Positions 56,391-64,000 of a DNA stretch of 64,000 nucleotides are shown here, in pieces. Under the pieces are notes generated by a model, which ran no database searches, was not told where the DNA came from, and was given only the letters and a program-made list of their open reading frames with translations. Source of the stretch: an uncultured Thermoleophilia bacterium (lineage in GTDB: Bacteria > Actinomycetota > Thermoleophilia > UBA2241); assembly GCA_963715985.1 (NCBI GenBank), contig CAVQSP010000015.1:118567-182566 (forward strand), written 5' to 3'. Position numbers and translations under genes: made by a program. Position 1 is the stretch's first letter. Every line of letters begins with the position of its first letter.

Positions 56391-56440
56391 GGGCGCCGGG
56401 GTGCGGGGTCAGGCGCCGGGGTGCGGGCTCAGGCGCCCGG
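56391..56440. repeat. 20-bp tandem repeat (2.5 copies) that includes the PHP gene stop codon
   Basis: gggcgccggggtgcggggtc / aggcgccggggtgcgggctc / aggcgcccgg. Confidence 0.75.
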
Positions 56441-57268
56441 GAACGGCACGACGGCGCGGTCCGAGAGCCTGAGCGCGCCCTCGTAGCCGGCGGCGCGGGC
56501 CAGGCCGATGGCCTCGTCCCACAACCGGCCCACGTGCGCCGCCTCGTGGGCGTCGGAGTCCACCACGAGCGGGATGTCGCGCTCGCGGGCGGCGCGCAGG
56601 ATGGCCGGCGACGGGTACATCACGCCGGCCGGGTCGCTGATGCGGTCGGTATTGAGCTCGAGGGCGGCGCCGGAGGCGGCCAGCGCGTCGAGGGCCGCCT
56701 CGATGTACCGCTGCACGGCGGGGCCGGGGACGTGCCCCCACAGACTGATGTAGTCGATGTGGGCGAGCACGTCGAAGCCCCCGGCCTCCACGGCGCGGCG
56801 CACGGTCCGGTAGTACGCGGCCAGAAAGGCGTCCGCGTCCTTCCAGCGCGGGTCGTCGCGCAGGTCCGGGTCGTCGAAGGCGAAGCCGTCCACCGCGTGC
56901 ACGCCGAGGACGACCGCGTCGAACGGCCAGGCCGCGAGCAGGGCACCGAGCTCGGCCTCGTGCCCCGGCACGTACTCGGCCTCGAGCGCCAGGAGCACGT
57001 TGATCTGCGCGTGGCGCGCAGCCGCGTCGTGCACCTCCTCCATGTAGCGCTCCATGAGGGCGAGCGGCATGCTGGCCGTGTCCCATCCGGCCGTCCGCAC
57101 GGCCGCGACGTGGTCGGCGATGGCGATCTCCGGCAGGCCGAGCGAGATCGCCTGCGCCACGCACTCCTCCACCGTGCCGGTGCCGTCCGAGAACGTGGTG
57201 TGCACGTGGTAGTCGCCCGGCAGGGCCGGCGCCGGCCGCGCGACCCGGGTGTCGCCGGAGGCGCTCAC
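56429..57268 (-). CDS. PHP-family histidinol-phosphatase-like (HisJ/HisK) protein
   Basis: DYHVHT..SDG, IADH, EAEY, LGVH, LAHIDY, ELNT, DSDAH. Confidence 0.88.
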   Translation of the reverse strand: MSASGDTRVARPAPALPGDYHVHTTFSDGTGTVEECVAQAISLGLPEIAIADHVAAVRTAGWDTASMPLALMERYMEEVHDAAARHAQINVLLALEAEYVPGHEAELGALLAAWPFDAVVLGVHAVDGFAFDDPDLRDDPRWKDADAFLAAYYRTVRRAVEAGGFDVLAHIDYISLWGHVPGPAVQRYIEAALDALAASGAALELNTDRISDPAGVMYPSPAILRAARERDIPLVVDSDAHEAAHVGRLWDEAIGLARAAGYEGALRLSDRAVVPFPGA

Positions 57269-59117
57269 CCCTCGTCCTCGTCACGCAGGGCGGCGCGGTG
57301 CCGTCTGACGAGCAGCCAGATGGCCACGGCGGTCGCGGCCAGCACCAGAGCCAGCGCGATCAGCTGGCTCGTCTTCGACACTCCGGTCTGGGCCGGCGCG
57401 GCCGCAGTCTTGGTCTTGAGGTCGGTGTAGCTCTGGCGGTCGAGGAAGTTGTTCCACACGCTGCCCTGGACGTAGGGCTGCCAGCCCTCCCACTTGTCGA
57501 CGTTCACCGCCTGGAGCACGGACGGGTAGTCGATGACGATCATCGGCTGCTCGTCGTACATGATCTGCTGCATCTGCTTGAGGAGCTCGATGCGCTTCTG
57601 CGTGTCCATCTCCTGGTACTGCTGCGTGCAGAGCCTGTCGTAGCGCTTGTTCGACCAGCACATCTCGTTGAGGTTGCCGATCTGGTCGGTGGTGAAGCAG
57701 GCGGCGGAGTCGCCGGGGTCGATATAGCCCATGAAGTCCCAGAGCGCGAGGTCGTAGTCGGGGGCGAAGGTGTCGCCCTTGAAGTTCCACATGTCGTCGC
57801 CGAGGGCGCCCTCGTCCACCACCGAGTACTCGATCTCGAGGCCGAGGTCGCCGAGCCAGCCGGCGATCAGCTTGCCCTGCACCTGGCTCTCCGGGGAGAT
57901 GTCGCGAGCCCACAGGCGCAGCTTGATGGGCTTACCCTCCTTGTCCTCGCGGATGCCGTCGCCGTCGCTGTCTTTGTAGCCGGCCTCGTCCATCAGCTGC
58001 TTCGCCTTCTCGAGGTCGAAGCCGATGGTCGTCTCCGGGCTCGGCTGGAAGTACGGGTCGAACGTCGCCGGCCAGCCCTTCTTGGGGTAGATCCCGTAGC
58101 CGGGGTCGGCGAGGCCGCTCCAGCCCAGCGCCGCGCACTTGGCGCGGTCGATGGCCCAGGCCATGGCCACGCGGAAGCGCGCGTCCTTGAGCACCGGATT
58201 GCCCAGCGAGTCCGGGCTGTCGTAGCAGTTGACGTCGATGTACTCCCAGTTGTAGAGCGGGTACGCGATGTCCTTCAGTCCCGGCTCGCTCTCCAGGCGC
58301 TTGAACTGCTCCGGGGGGATGACCTGGGCGCCATCGATGGCGCCGCTCTTGAGGTCCTGCACCATCGTGTCCGAGTTCGTGTAGTACTGGAAGATGACCT
58401 CGTCGAGGGTGGGTTGCGTGCCCCAGTAGCCGGGGTTGCGCACCATCTTGATGTAGCCGTCCTTCTTGAACTCCACGCACTGGAACGGGCCCGAGCCGAC
58501 GATGGGCGGATCGTTGCGGTACGTGTTGGCCGCGGCTTTGGGAGAGACCTTGCTCCAGATGTGCTCAGGCAGCACGTAGATGTAGACCTGCGTGAGCAGC
58601 ATGTTGGCCTTGGGCCGGTCGCAGTACACCTTGAGTGTGGTGTCGTCGACGGCCACGGCCTTGGTGACGTTCTTCAGGTAGACGGCGACGCTCATGTCGT
58701 TGTCGATGATGTAGTTGAAGGTGAAGGCCACGTCGCGCGCGGTGAGCGGCTCACCGTCCTGCCACTTCACGCCGGGACGGATGTGGAAGGTCCACTCCTT
58801 GTTGTCGGGCGAGGTCTCCCAGTCCCGGGCGAGCCCTGTCTCCTTCGAGGGCAGACCGTCGGCGCCCACGCCGACCAGCGTGTCGTAGTTGAGCAGCCAG
58901 ATCTCGTACGACGTGCTGTAGCCGATGAAGGGGTTGAGGTTGAGCGGGCCCTCGCTCCAGCCCAGACGCAGGGTCACCGTGCCGGCCGGCGACGGCGAAG
59001 CGGAGGCAGGGGCCGGATCCGCGCGCCACACGGCCACGCACACCGCCGCCACCCCAGAGCGACGAGCAGAACGACGACCAGTCGCACCTCGAGAAGCCTG
59101 CGCGCGAACGTTGTCAT
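57265..59117 (-). CDS. Family 5 (OppA/DppA-like) solute-binding protein with C-terminal TM; frameshift in a G-run at about 59052
   Basis: YDTLVG, GLARDWE, GVKWQDGEPLTARDVAFT, VGSGPF, RNPGYWG. The start MTTFARR matches the paralog's MTTLARR and needs one extra G. Confidence 0.85.
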
Positions 59118-59236
59118 GCCCTCTCTCCCCCGGGTCCGCGTCGCCTCGGCGACGGTAGTGGGGCGCCGGCGCCCCACCGGTCCCCTTCAAGCACTGACGA
59201 CTGCACGGTAGTCAAAGGGTCGAGAGAGTGTCAATG
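59118..59236 (-). promoter_or_regulatory. Promoter (TTGACA-18-TACCGT) and leader with a 20-bp perfect palindrome
   Basis: Conserved with 61213-61329; palindrome at 59158-59177. Confidence 0.65.
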
Positions 59237-59250
59237 CCCCCGGCGGGAGC

Positions 59251-61212
59251 TCACACGTCGGAGGCCAGCCCGCGGCGGCGGAGCACGAGCCAGAGCACCA
59301 GGACCAGGATGATGACGGCCGCCCCCGCAAGCATCCACACGGTGGCCGCCGAGATGGCGCCATCGTCGGCGGCGGCGGCCTCGACGGGCTTGAGGTCGAC
59401 GTAGCTGCGGCGGTCCAGGAAGTTGTGCCACACGCTGCCCTGGACGTAGGGCTGCCACCCCTCCCACCCGGACGTGTCCACGGCCTGCAACAGGGACGGG
59501 TAGTCGAGCACGATCATGGGCTGCCGCTCGTACATGAGCTGCTGCATCCGCCGCAGGAGGTCGAGACGCTTCTGCTGGTCCATCTCCTTGACCTGCTTGC
59601 TGTTGAGGTCGTCGTAGTCCTCGTTGGACCAGCAGAGGTCGTTGGTCGATCCGATCCTTCCGCTCGTGTAGCGGGCCGCCGTCTCCCCGGGATCGATGGA
59701 GCCGGCGGCGCTGCGGATCACGAGGTCGTAGTCGGGCGCGAACACCTTCACGCTGGTGACGGTGATCACGGGCAGCCCCCCGGGGCCACGCCTGACCTTG
59801 GGCACCCGGACGGTCTCGACGTTGTACATGCGGCCGGCCAGTTCGACCGGATCCTTGACCGAGTAGTCGATCTTGAGGCCGATGTCGCGGAGCCACCCCG
59901 CGATGAGCTTGCCCTGCCGCTCGTTCTCCGGCGAGCCGTCCTGGACCCAGAGGCGCAGCTTGATGGGCTCATCCTCGTAGTCGCGGATGCCGTCGTCGTC
60001 CGTGTCCTTGTAGCCGGCCTCGTCCAGCAGCGTCCGCGCCCTCTCCGGGTCGAAGCCGATGGCGGTCTGCGGGTCTGGCTCGAAGTAGGGGTCGAAGGTG
60101 GGCGGCCAGCCCGCCTCCGGGTAGATGCCTGCGCCCGGCTGGGCGAATCCCTTCCACCCCTCGGCGGCGCACTGCTCGCGGTCGATGGCCCAGGCCAGCG
60201 CGCGGCGGAACTTGGCCTCCCGCAGCACCGGGTCGCCGCGGGACGTCTTCGCGCGCAGGCAGTTGATGGCGACGTATTCCCAGTTGTACAGGGGGTAGGC
60301 GATGGTCTTCAGGCCGGCAGTGCCCTCGAGGCCCTTGAACCGCTCTGGAGGCACCGCCTGCGCGCCGTCGATGGCGCCGCTCTTGAGATCCTGAAGCAGG
60401 AGGTCGTCGTCCGAGTAGTACAGGAAGACGACCTCCTCCACCGTGGGCCGGCCTCCCCAGTAGTCCGGGTTCCTCTCCAGTTTGACGTAGCCGCCCGGCT
60501 GGAACTTGACGGTCTGGAACGGGCCGGAGCCGACGACGGGCGGGTCGTTGTCGTAGGTGGTCGCCGCGTCGTCCGGGTCCACGTCGCTCCACACGTGCCT
60601 GGGCAGGATGTACACCTGGGCGAGCGCGAGCAGCATGTCCGCCTTGGCGCGCTCGCAGTACACCTTGACCGCGGCAGTATCCACGGCCTCGGCGCGCGTG
60701 ACGCCTTTGAGGTGCACGCCGCCGCTCATGTCGTTGTCGACGATGTAGTTGAACGTGAAGGCCACATCGCGGGCCGTCAGGGGTTCGCCGTCCTGCCACT
60801 TCACGCCGGGGCGCAGGTGGAACTTCCACGTCTTGCCGTCGGCCGAGGACTCCCACGCCTCGGCGAGCCCGGTCTCGGTGGACGGCAGACCGTCGGCGCC
60901 GATGCCCACGAGGGTGTCGTAGTTGAGGCGCCAGACCTCCCGGGAAGTCCCGGTACCGGTGAAGGGGTTGAGCCTGAGGGGGGTCTCGGTCCAGCCGAGC
61001 CGCAGCACGAGGGTGGCGGCCGGCGAGGACGACGGGGACGGAGAGGGCGACGAGGAGGATGACGCGGAGGAGGACGCGGATGGTGCGGGAGACCCGCTGG
61101 CCGGCGTCTGCCCGTTGTGCCACCAGGTGAAGCAGACGACGACGGCGACCAGGACGACGAGCAGGGCAACGGCCACGCGCTCCCCCGCGTGCCTGCGTGC
61201 GAGCGTTGTCAT
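59251..61212 (-). CDS. Family 5 (OppA/DppA-like) solute-binding protein, paralog, with C-terminal TM
   Basis: Same motifs as its neighbour; Ser/Pro linker; N- and C-terminal hydrophobic anchors. Confidence 0.9.
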   Translation of the reverse strand: MTTLARRHAGERVAVALLVVLVAVVVCFTWWHNGQTPASGSPAPSASSSASSSSSPSPSPSSSPAATLVLRLGWTETPLRLNPFTGTGTSREVWRLNYDTLVGIGADGLPSTETGLAEAWESSADGKTWKFHLRPGVKWQDGEPLTARDVAFTFNYIVDNDMSGGVHLKGVTRAEAVDTAAVKVYCERAKADMLLALAQVYILPRHVWSDVDPDDAATTYDNDPPVVGSGPFQTVKFQPGGYVKLERNPDYWGGRPTVEEVVFLYYSDDDLLLQDLKSGAIDGAQAVPPERFKGLEGTAGLKTIAYPLYNWEYVAINCLRAKTSRGDPVLREAKFRRALAWAIDREQCAAEGWKGFAQPGAGIYPEAGWPPTFDPYFEPDPQTAIGFDPERARTLLDEAGYKDTDDDGIRDYEDEPIKLRLWVQDGSPENERQGKLIAGWLRDIGLKIDYSVKDPVELAGRMYNVETVRVPKVRRGPGGLPVITVTSVKVFAPDYDLVIRSAAGSIDPGETAARYTSGRIGSTNDLCWSNEDYDDLNSKQVKEMDQQKRLDLLRRMQQLMYERQPMIVLDYPSLLQAVDTSGWEGWQPYVQGSVWHNFLDRRSYVDLKPVEAAAADDGAISAATVWMLAGAAVIILVLVLWLVLRRRGLASDV

Positions 61213-61329
61213 GGTCCTTCTCCCCCGGTCTGCGTGGCCCCAGCGGACGTGGCGGGGCGCCGGCGCCCCGCCGGCGCCTTCGTCGGCTCCGCTCTGCACG
61301 GTAGTCAATGGGTCGAGAGGGTGTCAATG
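61213..61329 (-). promoter_or_regulatory. Promoter (TTGACA-18-TACCGT) and leader with a 22-bp perfect palindrome
   Basis: Paralogous to 59118-59236; palindrome at 61251-61272. Confidence 0.65.
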
Positions 61330-61409
61330 GCCGGGGCGGCCACGGCCCTCTGGAAGAATCCGCACGATTGTGTAAACGTTTGTGCGACTCCAAGGTGAAA
61401 GGACGCACC

Positions 61410-62330
61410 ATGTCACACTTCGGCCCCGAAGAAGCCATCGCTCGTATCGATGACTGGAAGGGCAAGGACGTCCGCTACGAGGAACTCGGCGGCGGCATCA
61501 CCAACCACAACTACATCGTCTGGGTGGACGGCGGACCGCCGCAGGGCGCCAAGTACGTGCTCCGCGTGCCCGGCCAGGGCACCGACATGTTCATCGACCG
61601 GGACGTCGAACGCGACTGCATGATCCAGGCCGACAAGGTGGGCGTCGGCCCGCGCGTCGCCTACCAGATCGACCCCGAAGGCTCTCTCGTGATCGACTTC
61701 GTCGAGGGCGAGATCATGCACCCGGACACCATCGCAGGGCATCCGGAACGCATCAGGCAGGTCGTCGAGACGGTCAAGATCTTCCACGAGAGGGCCGTCT
61801 TCAAGAACCGGATCGCGCTCTTCGACATGCTGCGCAAGTACACGGAGATCGCTCGCGACATCAACGCCCCGATGCCGCCGGAGCTCGAGTCGCTCCTGCT
61901 CGAGATGGACGTGATCGAGAAGGCCACCGCGGTCCGCCCACCCGCGGACGTCGCCTGCCACAACGACCTGCTCAGCGAGAACTTCATCGTCGACGCCAAC
62001 GGCAAGATGTGGGTCATCGACTGGGAGTACGGCGGCATGACCGACCCGTACTTCGACCTCGGCGATTTCGTGATGGAGCACCCCTTCACGCGGGAAGAGG
62101 AGCGGCTCATCATCGCCACCTACTGTGGCGAGATGGACGAGGGCCGCTTCGGCCGCATGATGCTCTACAAGATCGTCTCAGGCGTATGGTGGGGCGTGTG
62201 GGCGATGATCCAGAAGACGGTCTCGCACATCGACTTCGACTACATGGAGTGGGGGATGGACCGCATCGTCGATCGCTCGCAGGCCACCGTGGACGACCCC
62301 GACTACCAGAAGTGGCTGGCCGGGGCCTGA
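61410..62330 (+). CDS. Choline/ethanolamine kinase-family phosphotransferase
   Basis: LGGGITNHNY, YVLRVPG..IDR..E, Brenner motif CHNDLLSENF, IDWEYGG..FDLG. Confidence 0.88.
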   Translation: MSHFGPEEAIARIDDWKGKDVRYEELGGGITNHNYIVWVDGGPPQGAKYVLRVPGQGTDMFIDRDVERDCMIQADKVGVGPRVAYQIDPEGSLVIDFVEGEIMHPDTIAGHPERIRQVVETVKIFHERAVFKNRIALFDMLRKYTEIARDINAPMPPELESLLLEMDVIEKATAVRPPADVACHNDLLSENFIVDANGKMWVIDWEYGGMTDPYFDLGDFVMEHPFTREEERLIIATYCGEMDEGRFGRMMLYKIVSGVWWGVWAMIQKTVSHIDFDYMEWGMDRIVDRSQATVDDPDYQKWLAGA

Positions 62331-62349
62331 GGCAAGCTCACGGACGGAC

Positions 62350-62382
62350 GAGGGGGCGGGCGCCTGCGGCGCCCGCCCCCTC
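62350..62382. terminator. 15-bp stem-loop between convergent genes
   Basis: gagggggcgggcgcc-tgc-ggcgcccgccccctc. Confidence 0.7.
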
Positions 62383-62403
62383 ATCGTTGTGACTCTCTTA
62401 CTC

Positions 62404-63276
62404 TCAGGTCAAGCCTGAGGCTTCTCCGGGCTCGGCCGGGGCGGACACCGTCTGACCCTCGCCGAGCCGGGGCGGCCGGTCGCCCTCGGGCGTGATCGAG
62501 AGCGACTCACCCGGATCGAGCAGGCGCACCTCAACGTCGGGCGCAGCCTCCGCGGCCATGGTCGCGAACGCCTCCGGCCGGCGCCGGATCTTGCGGAACC
62601 AGGCGTACGTGGCCTCCTTGCCGGCGTAGGCGGAGCCGGGGAGGTAGAGGGTGCCCCAGTGGATCGGCACGGCGACGCGCGGCCGCAGCATGGCGAGGGC
62701 GCTGGCCGCCGAGCGCGGGCTCGATGTGGCGGCCTTCCGGCGGCCTGACCCCCCAGGTCTCGATGGGCAGCAGCGCCACGTCGATGCGGTCGTGCAGGTC
62801 GTCCATCCCGTCGAACAGGGCCGTGTCCCCGGCGAAGTACACGGTGGTGGACCCCTGCACGATGAAGCCGAGAGGCTCGTGGCGGGCGTCAGCACCCAGC
62901 GCCGTTTGGTGTCTCGCGTGCACGGCCATCACGTCCACGTCGCCGACGTGCAGGATGGTGTCGCGCCGCGTCTGGATGATCGTCTTGAAACCGACCTTGT
63001 GACGGTCGGCCGACCAGCGGCGGCCCGATGACGACGGCCGACTTGGGCAGCATCTTCAGCGACGGCGTCGAGGTCGTCCGTGCAGGTGCGAGATGAGGAC
63101 CGCGTCGAGGTGGTGGTGCGTGCCGGGGTCGGGCAAGGGGCCGTAGCGGCGCGGCGCGCCGGTCCAGCGCTTGAGCGCCGGGTGGTGAGGATGCGCACGC
63201 CGTCCATCTCGATGAGGACGGTGCCGTGGCCCACATAGGTCATCGTCGTCGGTGCCACAGTCTACTCCGCGCTCAT
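62404..63276 (-). pseudogene. Metallo-beta-lactamase-fold (UlaG-like) hydrolase, multiply frameshifted
   Basis: Fragments TYVGHGTVLIE, DAVLISHLH, YFAGDT, DVALLPI and VPIHWGT fall in different frames; in-frame TAG at codon 5. Confidence 0.75.
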
Positions 63277-63474
63277 GCCCGCCTCCTTCTCCGCCGCCTC
63301 CCTCAGGTCCCTGTGAGCGCCCTATGCCCAGCAACGGCCATCGGCAGTCCCGCGCGCGTTCACGAGCTCTCTGCGCGCCGGCGCGGGCGCCTGCACGGGC
63401 GGCGGCGGGCGCGGCCGGCGGAGACGGACGGTCGTTGTGCGCCGGCCACGAGCGCCCCCGCCGGCGGGGCCGGC

Positions 63475-64000
63475 TCAGCGCGTGAGGCGCCGGCCTCCCG
63501 CGAACTCGGAGGCATAGGGCTCGGTGGCCAGCGAAACCTCGGCGACGGCCTTGCCGGTGGCCGGCGCGTGGATCATGCGCCCGCCGCCCACGCAGATGCC
63601 GACGTGGTGTACGTCCCCCGCGCCGTTCCGGAAGAACACGAGGTCGCCGGCACGCAGCGAGGCGCGCGACCTCACGGCGCGCCCGAAGGTGGACTGGGGC
63701 GCGGCGTCGCGCGGGATGGTCACGCCGAGCACGCGGAACACGGACGAAGTGAAGCCCGTAGACAGGACTGCAGACCGAGAAAGCGGCGCGCCTCCGCGAC
63801 GACCTGCGCGCCGCTCGGCGTCCCCTTACGCTCTCGACCCGTCGTGCGCAAGGCCACGGCGGCGCGGGCCATGAAGGCTGGCGCGCTGTTCGGCGTGGCC
63901 ACCTCCACAGTCGATGAGGTCCACGCCATGGGCCGGAAGGCGCGTGGCGTAGGAGACCCGCAGCACGCGCTCGTCGAGGGCGGCCGACGTCCACAGCCAC
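63475..64000 (-). pseudogene. NlpC/P60 (C40) peptidase, 3' part, disrupted (runs off the right edge)
   Basis: VVAEARRFLG, GVTIPRDA..Q, GDLVFF, HHVGI..MIHAP; the YxWGG..DCSG segment is garbled. Confidence 0.7.

Overview
High-GC (about 70% by eye) bacterial chromosome segment. The gene content (GuaB3-type IMPDH, murI-rph-rdgB, a CPxC zinc-ribbon family, an MprA-like box) points to an Actinomycetota genome, plausibly an anaerobic Thermoleophilia-like MAG; this is inference. Most of the window is core genome: gdhA with an atypical P-II, a 4-hydroxybutyrate operon (abfD, small Cys protein, cat2, Fe-ADH), ltaE, guaB3-guaA, a PfkB kinase, an M-box riboswitch ahead of a soluble MgtE-like gene and two tandem Nramp-like genes, CDF/rdgB/rph/queT/murI, ftsEX-M23-S41-rnr-smpB, tRNA-Arg(CCG), metF, cbiZ, a PDZ-less HtrA, two paralogous OppA-like binding proteins and a choline-kinase-like gene. 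The main accessory and non-coding signals are: (1) an 8.6-kb integrase-less island between tRNA-Arg(CCG) and a 29/31-nt copy of its 3' end, carrying a binding protein + histidine kinase + NarL regulator + MMPL module with a shared operator-like motif; (2) four tandem arrays anchored on stop codons, two of which share a CGCCGGAGGCG hairpin; (3) a terminator-containing leader with no recognisable aptamer upstream of guaB3-guaA; (4) several other unexplained structured leaders. Clusters of frameshifts (29.9-31.2 kb, 55.2 kb, 59.05 kb, 62.4-64 kb) look more like long-read assembly errors than true decay, but the sequence alone cannot settle this. All calls come from reading motifs by eye; no database searches were run.
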